A stretch of 56,102 bases of DNA from Elusimicrobiota bacterium (GCA_043745445.1 JAYTSX010000239.1:1-56102), one strand, 5' to 3'; counted from the stretch's first letter, positions 19,968 to 29,806 are shown. Numbers and translations: made by a program. The notes: generated by a model from the sequence alone, not told the origin.

Positions 19968-21086
19968 ATGAAAATCGCGCTCGAGATCACGGGAGCTCTT
20001 GCCGGGGGCGGCTCCCGCCGCCACACGGAAATGATCATCCGCGCGCTTGCCGCCGAGGACAAGAAGAACGAGTATGTCCTGTACGGTGCGTTTTGGAAGG
20101 ATTCTGAGCGCTTGAGGGCGCTCGATTTGCCCCGTCAGGCAAATTTTAAAATCGTAACGCTCCACGCTCCGCAGCGTCTGCTTTTGCCCGCCGAGGAGTA
20201 CCTCGGCCTACGCTGGCAGGAAAACCGGCTCCGAAGTCTGGGCGTGGACATGGTCCACGGCTTTTCCAACTGGCTTCCTAGGCTTGACCGGACGCCCTCG
20301 ACGATGACACTCGCCTATGCAACCGACGACCGGCACGCGGGCTGGGGCCGGTTTTATTTCAACACGCTTCTGCCGCGCTCGGCGCGCCAAGCGGACAAGG
20401 TGTTGGCGATCTCAGGCGTCGCGCGCGACGCGGCGATCAAGAACTGGGGTCTTGATGCGAAGAAAGTCGAGGTCGTTTATCTCGGCGCGCCGCTCGACGA
20501 GTTCAAACCGGACGATTCTCCGCGCGATCCCGCGGAGATCCCGTACTTTCTTTTCGTCGGCGTCACGCGCCCGCACAAAAATCCGAGGGTCCTCCTGGAG
20601 GCCTTCGTCTTATTCAAGAAGCTTCATCCCCAGGCGCCGCATCGCTTTGTCATTTGCGGCGCCCCGGGCGAGGAGCAGAATGCACTTGAGGACATCCTCA
20701 CCCGCGCGGGCTTAAGCGCCGCCGTGACCTTCGCGGGAAATGTCGCGCAGTCGAAGATCTACCCGTATTACAAGAACGCCCTGGCCTATGTGTCGGCGTC
20801 GATCCTTGAGGGTTTTCATCTTCCGCTTGCCGAGGCCATGGCCTGCGGCATCCCGACCGTAGTCGCGCGAGGAGGGGCCCAAACCGAGATCGTCGCGGGA
20901 GCGGGCCTTCATGTGGACGCGACCGCGGAGGATCTTGCCCGGGGCATGGCGACGGTGGCATTTGACTCGGAATTAAGGGCCCGCATGCGGGCCCAGGGGC
21001 TTGAGCGCTGCAAAGACTTCTCGTGGCAAGCGGCCGCCCGCAAGATGCTCGCGGCTTTCGAAGAAGTCTACGCCGCGAAGCGTTGA
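19968..21086 (+). CDS. glycosyltransferase family 4 (GT-B, RfaG-like)
   Basis: 372 aa. C-terminal E-x7-E region (..SILEGFHLPLAEAMACGIPTVV..) typical of GT4. Confidence 0.85.
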   Translation: MKIALEITGALAGGGSRRHTEMIIRALAAEDKKNEYVLYGAFWKDSERLRALDLPRQANFKIVTLHAPQRLLLPAEEYLGLRWQENRLRSLGVDMVHGFSNWLPRLDRTPSTMTLAYATDDRHAGWGRFYFNTLLPRSARQADKVLAISGVARDAAIKNWGLDAKKVEVVYLGAPLDEFKPDDSPRDPAEIPYFLFVGVTRPHKNPRVLLEAFVLFKKLHPQAPHRFVICGAPGEEQNALEDILTRAGLSAAVTFAGNVAQSKIYPYYKNALAYVSASILEGFHLPLAEAMACGIPTVVARGGAQTEIVAGAGLHVDATAEDLARGMATVAFDSELRARMRAQGLERCKDFSWQAAARKMLAAFEEVYAAKR

Positions 21087-21093
21087 GCGGGGC

Positions 21094-22209
21094 TTAAGGC
21101 TTCCAATCTTTGGGCTTGGGGGCCAAGCCGAACCAGTGGGCGATTGCGGCGGCGATTCTTTCCGATGCGCGTCCGTCCCCGTAAGGGTTTTTGGCGCGGC
21201 TCATTCGGCGGAAAAGAGCGGGATTCCTGAGTAGTTTGCCGGCCCAGAGTTTGAGTTTTTTTGGATCGAGGCCGACAAGGCGACCCGCGCCGCTCGAGAT
21301 GACCTCCGGCCGCTCGGTATTGCGGCGCACGACGAGAATGGGTTTCCGAAGGCAGACCGCCTCTTCTTGAAGGCCGCCGGAGTCCGTGATCAGGAAGGCG
21401 GCTCTGTTGAGCAGGCCCAAAAATTCAGGGTAGGGCTGAGGTTTCAGGAGATGGATTCGGGGATGGCGCAGCATGCGCTTCGCGGTCCCCAGGACGGCTG
21501 GATTGGGGTGCACCGGATAGACGAGCACCAGATTCTCGTGCTTGCGCACGAGATCAAGTAAGGCCGTGTAAATTTTATTGAGCGGCGCCCCGTGTATCTC
21601 TCGGCGGTGCAAGGTCACGAGGACCTCCTTCACGTTGGCGGCGCTCCGCGTCGGGCGAACACGGCCCTTAGCCCAACGCAGCGCGTCCACGACCGTATTG
21701 CCCGTCGTGAGAACCGTCCTGCCATGAAGACCTTCACGGCTGATATTTTTACGCGCCTGCGAAGTGGGGGGGAACACAAGCGAGGAGAGGAGGTCGATGA
21801 ATATCCGATTTTGCTCCTCGGGGAATGGATCATTTAAATTGAATGAGCGCAGGCCGGCCTCGACGTGGGCGACCGGGATGCCGCGTTCGCAGGCGCATAA
21901 CGCGGCCGCCGCGGCGGTCGTCGTGTCTCCCTGCACGACTACCATGTCCGGCTTTAATCGGGCGAGCAGCGGACCCAGGGTCGCGATGACCCGCTTGGCG
22001 ACGGCGTCGGGGGACTGCCCCGGGCGCATCAGGTCGAGGTCAAAATCGGGCTTGAGGGCAAAAAGGGTCAGGACCTGATCGAGGAGCTCCCGGTGCTGGG
22101 CCGTCGCGCACACAAAGGTTTTGAGCCCCTTGCGGCGGCGCAGGGCCGCCACGACGGGAGCGAGCTTGATGGCCTCGGGCCGGGTGCCCATGACCACGAG
22201 GATTTTCAT
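21094..22209 (-). CDS. wecB: UDP-N-acetylglucosamine 2-epimerase (non-hydrolysing type)
   Basis: Track ORF trimmed to the ATG at 22209 (MKILVVMGTRPEAIKLAPVV), giving a 4-nt overlap with the upstream gene stop. HVEAGLRS, DSGGLQEEA motifs. Confidence 0.9.
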   Translation of the reverse strand: MKILVVMGTRPEAIKLAPVVAALRRRKGLKTFVCATAQHRELLDQVLTLFALKPDFDLDLMRPGQSPDAVAKRVIATLGPLLARLKPDMVVVQGDTTTAAAAALCACERGIPVAHVEAGLRSFNLNDPFPEEQNRIFIDLLSSLVFPPTSQARKNISREGLHGRTVLTTGNTVVDALRWAKGRVRPTRSAANVKEVLVTLHRREIHGAPLNKIYTALLDLVRKHENLVLVYPVHPNPAVLGTAKRMLRHPRIHLLKPQPYPEFLGLLNRAAFLITDSGGLQEEAVCLRKPILVVRRNTERPEVISSGAGRLVGLDPKKLKLWAGKLLRNPALFRRMSRAKNPYGDGRASERIAAAIAHWFGLAPKPKDWKP

Positions 22210-23270
22210 TCGCGAGTTTTGCGCAGCCCGCGGCTGACGAAGGTCCAGGCGATGAGCTTGTACAGCAGGCGCATGCCGACGTTGGCGTCCCATTCGTCCT
22301 TGCCGTCCTGGGCGGGGGAAACCTCGTTGAGGTCAAAGCCGATAATTTTTCGTCCTGAGCGCGCGACGAGGCCGATCAGGTGCACGGCCTCCGCGAGCTC
22401 AAGACCGCCGGGGACGGGTGTCCCCGTGTGCGGACAGAGCTTGGGGTCCAGGCCGTCGATGTCGAAGGTGATCCAGACCTGCTGGGGCAGCGCGGCCACG
22501 ATCTCTTCGGCCGTCTTCGTCCACGGCTCGCCGGAAAAACGGCGCTTGGCGAGGTCTCGGTCGTAGAAGACCTTGGCGCGCGGGCCGAGAGCGCGGGTGA
22601 ACTCGTACTCCTGCTCGCAAAAATCACGAATACCGACCTGGACTATCCGGGAGATCTGAGGAATGTTCTCCATCGCGTTGTACATGATAGACGCGTGCGA
22701 CCATGTGAAGCCTTCATAGGCGACGCGCGTGTCGGAGTGAGCGTCGAAATGCAAAAGCCCGAAATCTCCGCATGTCTCAGCGGCGGCGCGAAAGGCGCCG
22801 TAGGGAACGCTGTGGTCCCCGCCGACGATTCCCACAATTTTTCCGGCGGTCATGAGGCCCAGGGCCTCGCGATAGACCCAATCATTCAGCTTTTTACCCA
22901 GCTCGTTCGTCGTTTTAAGCGCCTTCTGTAGATTCTTATTCCCTTCAATACGCCCGCCTTCCTTAATGACCTTCTGCGCGGCCGCCTTCGCGGTCTTGTT
23001 CCAGGCCCTCACTTCCTTCGACTCGGGGCGCATAAAGATTCCCGGCTCGTACGGCCGGTGAACCTCGCCGTCAAACAAGTCGACCTGAGCGCTGGCCTCA
23101 AGGATCGCGGCCGGACCCTTAGAGGTGCCGCCACCGTAAGAGGTCGTCGCCTCCCAGGGAACGGGGATGAGGACGAGCGCCGCGTCCTTTTCCTCATGGG
23201 GGAGGCCGAAAACTCCGGTGTCCTCCCCGGGCGCGGCGTTGGGATCGAAATCGAGGGTGTTTTTGATCAT
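22206..23270 (-). CDS. arginase-family ureohydrolase, agmatinase-like
   Basis: Start at ATG 23270 (MIKNTLDF..) gives an ATGA overlap with the FkbM stop. Mn-ligand motifs are intact: VGGDHSVPYG, HFDAHSDTR, TFDIDGLDP....TGTPVPGG. Confidence 0.85.
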   Translation of the reverse strand: MIKNTLDFDPNAAPGEDTGVFGLPHEEKDAALVLIPVPWEATTSYGGGTSKGPAAILEASAQVDLFDGEVHRPYEPGIFMRPESKEVRAWNKTAKAAAQKVIKEGGRIEGNKNLQKALKTTNELGKKLNDWVYREALGLMTAGKIVGIVGGDHSVPYGAFRAAAETCGDFGLLHFDAHSDTRVAYEGFTWSHASIMYNAMENIPQISRIVQVGIRDFCEQEYEFTRALGPRAKVFYDRDLAKRRFSGEPWTKTAEEIVAALPQQVWITFDIDGLDPKLCPHTGTPVPGGLELAEAVHLIGLVARSGRKIIGFDLNEVSPAQDGKDEWDANVGMRLLYKLIAWTFVSRGLRKTRE

Positions 23271-24100
23271 AATTTTGGCCAGGCGTAGGTCAGTCCGCGC
23301 CAATCGCGCCACTCGTAGCCGAATTGCGTGAGGATGGCGTCGACGCCTTCGGTATCGGGCACGGTGTCGCGTTCGATGGTGATGCGCGGGCGAAAGCGGC
23401 GAATCGTTTCGGCCGCGCCTTTCAATGCGGCGGGCACGACGCCCTCGATGTCGATCTTGAGCAGATCCAAACGCGTCAGGCCGCGCTCGCGGGCGACGGC
23501 GTCGACGGTTTTCATCGGGACGGACACGGAGAGGCCTGAGCCTCGGACCAGGGAGTGATTGATGCCGCGCTCGTGAACGAACAGCTCGACTGTTCCATCG
23601 CGGTCTCCGGCGGCGGCCTGAATGCAGTCAAGCTGGGACAAATTGTTGCGGCGAGCGTTGCCCTCGAGTCGCCGGAAATTATCCGGGTGCGGCTCGACGG
23701 CGATCACTTTTCCCGTCGGGCCGACCAAGGCCGCCGCGCGCGTGGCGAAAATGCCGAGGTTGGCGCCCAGATCTACGACCGTTTGGCCCAGACCGGGGCG
23801 AAAGCCGGTCTCACGCTCATAGTCGCCTTCCGCGACGATTGAATACAACGGGTCAAACGCGGTGTGCAGATCAAGATCGAGCGTGAGGCCGTCGGGAGTC
23901 TCGACCTCCACCGGAAGGTCGGACAGCCCCAGGCGCTTGAGCCAGGTGAGCGCGCGCAGGTGCCGATCGCCCCAGCGCATGAATATGAAAAAAAAGTAAT
24001 AGACGCTGAGATAGGCCAGGCGCCGACCGCGCCCTCCGCGCAAAGAGGCGTGGAAGCGGTAATTCGCGCGGATGTTCCGACACGCCTCGGCGAGGGCCAC
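23267..24100 (-). CDS. FkbM-family SAM-dependent methyltransferase
   Basis: VVDLGANLGIFA....KVIAVEPHPDNFRRL......LDLLKIDIEGVVPAALKGA.....RPRITIE. The GTG start at 24100 is uncertain; an ATG at 23980 is possible. Confidence 0.8.
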   Translation of the reverse strand: MALAEACRNIRANYRFHASLRGGRGRRLAYLSVYYFFFIFMRWGDRHLRALTWLKRLGLSDLPVEVETPDGLTLDLDLHTAFDPLYSIVAEGDYERETGFRPGLGQTVVDLGANLGIFATRAAALVGPTGKVIAVEPHPDNFRRLEGNARRNNLSQLDCIQAAAGDRDGTVELFVHERGINHSLVRGSGLSVSVPMKTVDAVARERGLTRLDLLKIDIEGVVPAALKGAAETIRRFRPRITIERDTVPDTEGVDAILTQFGYEWRDWRGLTYAWPKL

Positions 24101-24127
24101 AGCCGTGATCTTAGTAAATCCGACTCT

Positions 24128-24982
24128 TCAGAAAAAACCGTCGAGGAAGCTCTCGACGAGCAGCGGGAGATCCTCGGAGTAGCCGCCCTCGAGCGCCGCG
24201 AAGCGGGGAAGCTTCGTCTGCGCGAGCAAGGATCCGATGCGCTTGAAGGTCGCGCGGTCGAGCTTGAGCCCGGCGATTGGGTCTTCTTTGTAGGCGTCGA
24301 ACCCGGCGGAAACGGCGAGCAGGTCGGGCTTCGTGTCGAGCAAAAGCCCGAAAACAGGTTCGAAGCTCTCAAGCCAGCGATGTCCGTTGCTTCCCGCCTC
24401 AAGGGGTATGTTCCAGCAGTTGGCGCGGGTATCGAGGCCCGTTCCGGGGTAGAGAGGATACTGATGTAGGGACAGAAACATCGTATTTTCGCGGCCGAGG
24501 ACGAGCTCCTGGGTTCCGTCGCCGTGGTGCACGTCGAAATCGACGATGGCGACCTTTAGCCCGGGCTTGGTCTTTTGTAGCCGCGCCATGGCCAGAGCCA
24601 CATTATTTAAATAGCAGAAGCCGGCGACTTTGTCTTTGCCGGCGTGGTGGCCGGGGGGGCGCATCAGGGAGAAGGCGGGCTCGCCGGCGAGCGCGCAATC
24701 CGCGGCGGAGAGGGCGCCGGACACGCTGATGAGGCTGATGTCGGCGATGCTCGGATAGAACGGGGTGTCCTCGTCCTGGAAAGTCCCTAAGCGGATCGAG
24801 GCGAGGTGGTTCTCGCCGTGAAGGAGAAGAACATCGGTGTCGACGGCCTTGACCGTTGGCCGCTCCGGAGCATGGCCGGCGGCGCGGAGGCGCTCGAAGG
24901 TCTTCTTAACGCGAAACGGCGCCTCGTGGTGTCCCGAGGCGCCGTATTCGGCGGTCTTGAGGTCGGAAAAAACCCGACCCAT
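24128..24982 (-). CDS. histone deacetylase-family amidohydrolase (acetylpolyamine amidohydrolase / AcuC-like)
   Basis: 284 aa. MRPPGHHAG, VDFDVHHGDGTQ, SAGFDAYKEDP, LEGGY. The full Zn/catalytic motif set is present. Confidence 0.88.
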   Translation of the reverse strand: MGRVFSDLKTAEYGASGHHEAPFRVKKTFERLRAAGHAPERPTVKAVDTDVLLLHGENHLASIRLGTFQDEDTPFYPSIADISLISVSGALSAADCALAGEPAFSLMRPPGHHAGKDKVAGFCYLNNVALAMARLQKTKPGLKVAIVDFDVHHGDGTQELVLGRENTMFLSLHQYPLYPGTGLDTRANCWNIPLEAGSNGHRWLESFEPVFGLLLDTKPDLLAVSAGFDAYKEDPIAGLKLDRATFKRIGSLLAQTKLPRFAALEGGYSEDLPLLVESFLDGFF

Positions 24983-24989
24983 AAGATCT

Positions 24990-26048
24990 TTACCGGAGAG
25001 CGGCCGGAATCTTGGCTTTCTCGTCGTTGAGCAGCGCGTTGAAGCGGCGCTCGCGCCGCTTCTTCCAGTTGCCCTTGTGCCAGCCGTAGCCGGCCAGGAC
25101 CGGGAGCGCGATGGTGGCTTCAGAGAAGACCATCTGCTCGTCGGTGACCGCGACCTTGCCCCACGAGCACGCCTCGCGCAAAGTCGAGCCGGAGAGCGCG
25201 CCGTCGCGCTCGTCGGCTACGGTGATTTGCACCGCGTATTTGTGCATGATGGGATCGAGGCCGATCATTTCGGCGCCGACCGTCACGTCCTGAGCGAAGT
25301 TCTTGGGAACGCCGCCGCCGATCATGAGAAGACCGGTGTCGCCGCAGGCGAGCTTCACGCGAACCAGCTCGCGGAAGTCCTTGGCGGAATCGATCGAGGC
25401 GTGGCTCTCAGGGTTGTGCCACTGGTGGTGGAGGAACCCAAAGCCGGCCGAGCAGTCCGAGAAGGCCGGAATGAAGATCGGAACGCCCTTCTTGTACGCG
25501 GACAGCACGATCGAGTCCTTGACCTTGCACTTCTTCACGAGATACTTGCCCATCTCTTCGACGATCTCGCGCGAGGAGTAAGGCTTGGGCTTTAGGTTTC
25601 CGATGATGTCGGAGATGACGTTGTCGCAGGCGCCGAGCTCATCCTCGTCGATGAAGGTGTCGTAGATGCGGTCGATGCGCGCGCCCCGCAGGGCCATGTC
25701 GTCTTCCCACTTGGAGCCCTTGTAATGCTTGTAGCCGAGGGCTTCGAAGAAGTCCTGGTCGACGATGTTGGCGCCGGTGGAGACGATCGCGTCTACCATG
25801 TTGCTTTCGATCATCTGCCAGACGATCTTCTTCAGCCCGGCGGAGAACAAGGAACCGGCCAGGCAGAGAATCACCCCGCATTCCTTGTCGGCGAGCATCT
25901 TGTCGTAGATGTTGCTCGCGCGCGCGAGGTCGCGGGCGGAGAAGGACATCTTCGAGTAGGCTTCGACGAGAGGACGCATGTCGTGCTTGGTGATATCGAT
26001 GTGTTCGATCTCTTCCTTGAGCAGGTCCGACTTCTTGATATTCGCCAT
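24990..26048 (-). CDS. deoxyhypusine synthase-like protein (DHS / homospermidine-synthase-like)
   Basis: Track ORF trimmed to the ATG at 26048 (MANIKKSDLL..). DHS blocks: CLAGSLFSAGLK, VSTGANIVDQD, IGGGVPKNF, and the catalytic-lysine context EACSWGKV. Confidence 0.85.
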   Translation of the reverse strand: MANIKKSDLLKEEIEHIDITKHDMRPLVEAYSKMSFSARDLARASNIYDKMLADKECGVILCLAGSLFSAGLKKIVWQMIESNMVDAIVSTGANIVDQDFFEALGYKHYKGSKWEDDMALRGARIDRIYDTFIDEDELGACDNVISDIIGNLKPKPYSSREIVEEMGKYLVKKCKVKDSIVLSAYKKGVPIFIPAFSDCSAGFGFLHHQWHNPESHASIDSAKDFRELVRVKLACGDTGLLMIGGGVPKNFAQDVTVGAEMIGLDPIMHKYAVQITVADERDGALSGSTLREACSWGKVAVTDEQMVFSEATIALPVLAGYGWHKGNWKKRRERRFNALLNDEKAKIPAALR

Positions 26049-26115
26049 GTTGAGCTTGGGTAATCCTCCGTCGAGAATGTAGGGCGCGTTTATTTTATAA
26101 CATTGCTCGACGACG

Positions 26116-27210
26116 ATGAAGAAATACTTGTTCGGAAATACAATTTTATTTTTACTCCTGGTCCTCGCGGCCGTTCCCGCCGAGGCCAAGCGGCCGAAAA
26201 ATTTCCGGCTGATGTGGAAAAAACCCGTCGCCGCGCAGGCGCCGGAGGAATCCACCAGCACGGTTCAGGGTCCGCCGCTTGTGATGGCCGGCCGTTGGAC
26301 GCCGGAGGTGCGCTCGGCGCTTAATAAATTTCTCGCGGAGCGCGGCAAGGGCGCGCCCGGCTACGACGCGACCAAGCCCCCGGTCGCCGTCCTTCCTTGG
26401 AGCGACGCGCTTGTCGTGGGCGATCCCGCTGAGTTGGTTTTCCTTCGCCTTACGACTCGAGTCGACTTCCATTTCGACGACGACTGGTGGAACATTATTC
26501 CGGTCGCTCATGGGCGCCAGCCCGCGCGCGCGGCCTATAATCACTTTATCTCGCTGTCGAGCGCGGTGTGGCAGTCCCAGCCTGACTACCACCATTATCG
26601 AAAGGAGATTCTCGGAAGCTATCTCGGGCTCTGCCGTGAAGTCGGTCGACGCGAATGCCGCCAGTACCTGATGCGGCTGTGGGCCGGCTGGAAGGAGGGC
26701 GATGCCGTCGAGTACGCGCGGGAGGTCCTCATCGATGAGAAGTCCCGACCCTCGGGTGTCGAGGTTGTCCTCTCCGATGAGGGCGACAAGGCTCCGCTGC
26801 GCATTCGCCGCGGTCTGCGCTTAATCCCGGAGATGCGCGACCTCGCCCAGAAACTCCGGGCGGCCGGCATGGATGTCTGGATCGTCGACGACGTGCCTCA
26901 GCCGTCGCTCTCGGCCGCCGCGGCGGATTACGGCATCGACCCGAGCCGGGTCGTCGGCATTCGCGCAGGTCCCGATGGCGCGCGCTACTCCGCGTCGGTG
27001 CTCAGACCCGTGCCGACCCGCAGCGGCAAGGCGGAGATTATGAAGGCGTCGGTGGGACGGCCCCCCGATTTCGCCCTCGGCCGCGACGCCGCCGACGCCG
27101 ATTTGCTGTCTTACGGTGACGGCTTGCGCGTCATCCTGTCCGGAGACAAAGAACTCGAAGCGAAGGCCAAGGAAAAGGGCTGGCTGCTCCAACCATCCCT
27201 CGCCCATTAG
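26116..27210 (+). CDS. hypothetical secreted protein
   Basis: 364 aa. Clear signal peptide (MKKYLFGNTILFLLLVLAAVPAEA). Distant HAD-IB-like impression only (see rejected). Confidence 0.55.
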   Translation: MKKYLFGNTILFLLLVLAAVPAEAKRPKNFRLMWKKPVAAQAPEESTSTVQGPPLVMAGRWTPEVRSALNKFLAERGKGAPGYDATKPPVAVLPWSDALVVGDPAELVFLRLTTRVDFHFDDDWWNIIPVAHGRQPARAAYNHFISLSSAVWQSQPDYHHYRKEILGSYLGLCREVGRRECRQYLMRLWAGWKEGDAVEYAREVLIDEKSRPSGVEVVLSDEGDKAPLRIRRGLRLIPEMRDLAQKLRAAGMDVWIVDDVPQPSLSAAAADYGIDPSRVVGIRAGPDGARYSASVLRPVPTRSGKAEIMKASVGRPPDFALGRDAADADLLSYGDGLRVILSGDKELEAKAKEKGWLLQPSLAH

Positions 27211-27236
27211 AGGCCTGGCCCCTTTGTTGCCTTTTG

Positions 27237-27266
27237 TTGACAGGCCTGCGTCCGTTGCGCTACAGT
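27237..27266 (+). promoter_or_regulatory. sigma70-type promoter candidate for the hyp-SDR-ALDH operon
   Basis: TTGACA (27237-27242), 18-nt spacer, TACAGT (27261-27266). GGAG SD precedes the ATG at 27293. Confidence 0.5.
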
Positions 27267-27292
27267 GCCCATCTCGCCGAGCAGGAGACGCC

Positions 27293-27595
27293 ATGATTGA
27301 TAAAAATTCGCAAGAAGAGGTCGGGGACCTTTTTGTCACCGAAACTGCCCTCACCCTTAAGCTGATGCCCAGCCGCAAGAGCGGCACCGTCACGATCCGC
27401 TGGTTCGCGAAGGAAGGCGTCACCAATGTCCGTCTGGCGGCGAAGGACATCTCTACGCTTGTCGGGAAGCTGCGCGGCCGCGGGCGGGTCGTGCGCAACT
27501 TGACCGTGACGACCGACAAGGGGCTCGACACCGATCTCGGCAAGACGCGCCTGCGCGAAGCCGTGAAAAAAGCCGGCTTCCTCGTCATCTCATGA
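27293..27595 (+). CDS. hypothetical protein (100 aa)
   Basis: Internal ATG of track ORF 27116-27595, downstream of the promoter-like element. ATGA overlap with the SDR start. No motif recognised. Confidence 0.5.
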   Translation: MIDKNSQEEVGDLFVTETALTLKLMPSRKSGTVTIRWFAKEGVTNVRLAAKDISTLVGKLRGRGRVVRNLTVTTDKGLDTDLGKTRLREAVKKAGFLVIS

Positions 27596-28368
27596 GCGGC
27601 GGGCGCCTCACCGGGAAGGTCGCGCTGATTACCGGCGCCGGATCGGGAATGGGCGCCGAGGCGACGATTCGCTTCGCGCGCGAAGGTGCCAGCGTCGTTG
27701 CGTGCGACATGAATCTGGAAGCCACCCAACGCGTCGTGCAGACGGCACAGGCCGCCGGCGGCAAGGCGATCGCGGTCGCCATGAACGTCGCAAAGGAAGC
27801 CGAGGTGAAGGCCGGTATCGCCACGGCGATCAAGGCGTTCGGCAAATTGGACATTTTGTACAACAATGCGGGTATTTTTCCCAACGACGATAACTCCGTG
27901 ACGAATACGGAAGAAAAAGTCTGGGACACGGTGTTGGCCGTCAATGTCAAAGGCGTTTATCTTGTCTGCAAGCACGGTATTCCGGAGCTGCTCGCCAACG
28001 GCGGCGGTTCGATCATAAATGTGGCGAGCTTTGTGGCCCTGGTCGGTTGCACCGTTCCCCAGGACGCGTACACCGCTTCCAAAGGCGCCGTTCTCGCGCT
28101 CTCGAAGTCGCTGGCCGTTCAGTACGGACCCAAAGGCATTCGCACGAATGCCATCTGCCCAGGTCCGATTGAAACGCCCCTTCTCACGGCGTGGCTTTTT
28201 AAAGAACCCGCTGAGAAAGCCAAACGACTTAATCGTATTCCCATGGGCCGCTTCGGAAAATCCGAGGACATCGTGAACATGGCGTTATATCTGGCGAGCG
28301 ACGAATCGCGTTGGACAAACGGCGCGGCCATGGTCGTCGACGGCGGCATTACGTCCAACTATTTCTAG
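27592..28368 (+). CDS. short-chain dehydrogenase/reductase (classical SDR)
   Basis: GKVALITGAGSGMGAE (TGxxxGxG), NNAG, catalytic YTASKGAV. Confidence 0.92.
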   Translation: MSGGRLTGKVALITGAGSGMGAEATIRFAREGASVVACDMNLEATQRVVQTAQAAGGKAIAVAMNVAKEAEVKAGIATAIKAFGKLDILYNNAGIFPNDDNSVTNTEEKVWDTVLAVNVKGVYLVCKHGIPELLANGGGSIINVASFVALVGCTVPQDAYTASKGAVLALSKSLAVQYGPKGIRTNAICPGPIETPLLTAWLFKEPAEKAKRLNRIPMGRFGKSEDIVNMALYLASDESRWTNGAAMVVDGGITSNYF

Positions 28369-28369
28369 C

Positions 28370-29806
28370 ATGTTGAACAAGTTGTGGATCGACGGTAAAT
28401 TCGTCGCCGCTCGATCGGGCCGGACATTTGCCGTCGTCAACCCGGCCGACGGGTCCCTCTTGGCGCGCGTCGCGGAAGGGGGGGCGGAGGACATAAACGA
28501 CGCGGTCGAAGCCGCGGTCAAGGCCTCCATCGGTCCATGGTCGAAGATGCATGCCCGCGAGCGCGGCAAGATTCTGCTCAAGATCGCCGGACTTATCCGT
28601 CAGAACCTTGATTCTTTGGCTTTGCTCGAGTGCCGCAATGCCGGCAAGCCGCTCGGCGACGCGAAGGACGAGATGGGATTGGCCGCCGATACCTTCGAGT
28701 ACTACGGCGGCGCGGCCAACAAGCATTTCGGCGAAACGATCCCGGTTGCGGGCGCGGGTCTTGATTACACTTTGCGCGAGCCCGTCGGCGTCTGCGGCCT
28801 CATCGTGCCGTGGAACTTCCCACTGGTGATCGCGGCCTGGAAGCTGGGCCCTGCGCTCGCTTGCGGTAATACCGTGGTGTTGAAGCCGTCCCCCGAGACC
28901 CCGTTGACCGCGCTCGCGCTCGCGAAGCTCGCCGCCGAGGCGGGGCTTCCCGCCGGTGTGCTCAATGTGGTCCCCGGGCCGGGCCCCGGCTGCGGCGACG
29001 CGCTCGTCGCCCATCCGCTCGTGCGCAAGATTTCATTTACCGGCTCGACGGCGACCGGCACGGGCATCATGAGGGCGGCGGCCGACGGCATTAAGCGCGT
29101 CTCGCTCGAATTGGGCGGGAAATCCCCCAACATTATCTTTGATGATGCGGATCTCGAACTGTGCGTTGAGAAAACCGTTTGGTCCGTGTTCTACAACGCG
29201 GGCCAGGATTGCTGCGCGCGTTCACGCGTGCTGGTTCACCGCAAGATTCACGATAAGTTCGTCGAGAAACTCGTCGCGCGGACGAGAAAATTCATCGTCG
29301 GCCATCCCGAGAAAAAAGGAACCCAGATCGGACCGATTATTTCCCGGCGGCAGTACGACAAAATTGAGGGATACATCGCCTCCGGCAAGGCGGAAGGCGC
29401 GAAGCTTTTGTGCGGCGGTGTCCGCCCTAAGGGCGTGCCGCCGAAGGGCCATTACCTCACACCGGCCGTATTCGCCGGCACCGACGACAATATGAAAATC
29501 GTCCGCGAAGAAATCTTCGGCCCGGTTCTCGCGGTGATTCCGTTTAAAGACGAGGCCGAGGCGATCAAACTTGCCAACGATTCAGCCTACGGGTTGTCGG
29601 CGAGCCTGTGGACGCGCGATGTCGGCCGTGTTTTGCGCGTGACGCGCGCCGTGCAAAGCGGCGTGATCTCGGTGAACACGAGCTCGAGCGTCCATCTCGA
29701 GGCTCCATTCGGCGGTTATAAGGGCTCCGGGCTCGGCCGCGAGCTCGGCCTGAAGGCGCTCGACCTCTACTCCGAAGTCAAGAACGTCTTTATCTCGAAC
29801 GTTTAG
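28370..29806 (+). CDS. NAD(P)-dependent aldehyde dehydrogenase
   Basis: 478 aa. VPWNFPL, FTGSTATG, ELGGKSP, catalytic-Cys context GQDCCA, EEIFGPV. Confidence 0.93.
   Translation: MLNKLWIDGKFVAARSGRTFAVVNPADGSLLARVAEGGAEDINDAVEAAVKASIGPWSKMHARERGKILLKIAGLIRQNLDSLALLECRNAGKPLGDAKDEMGLAADTFEYYGGAANKHFGETIPVAGAGLDYTLREPVGVCGLIVPWNFPLVIAAWKLGPALACGNTVVLKPSPETPLTALALAKLAAEAGLPAGVLNVVPGPGPGCGDALVAHPLVRKISFTGSTATGTGIMRAAADGIKRVSLELGGKSPNIIFDDADLELCVEKTVWSVFYNAGQDCCARSRVLVHRKIHDKFVEKLVARTRKFIVGHPEKKGTQIGPIISRRQYDKIEGYIASGKAEGAKLLCGGVRPKGVPPKGHYLTPAVFAGTDDNMKIVREEIFGPVLAVIPFKDEAEAIKLANDSAYGLSASLWTRDVGRVLRVTRAVQSGVISVNTSSSVHLEAPFGGYKGSGLGRELGLKALDLYSEVKNVFISNV

Noticed and set aside
26116-27210. HAD-IB phosphatase assignment for the secreted 364-aa protein
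   Set aside because: The overall spacing is vaguely HAD-like (..VWIVDD.., ..GRDAADADLL..). However, the motif-I position reads VLPWSD rather than DxDxT, so the nucleophile is not evident. I left it as hypothetical.
26821-27975. 384-aa minus-strand ORF
   Set aside because: It runs antisense across three well-supported + genes and an intergenic promoter. High-GC antisense artefact.
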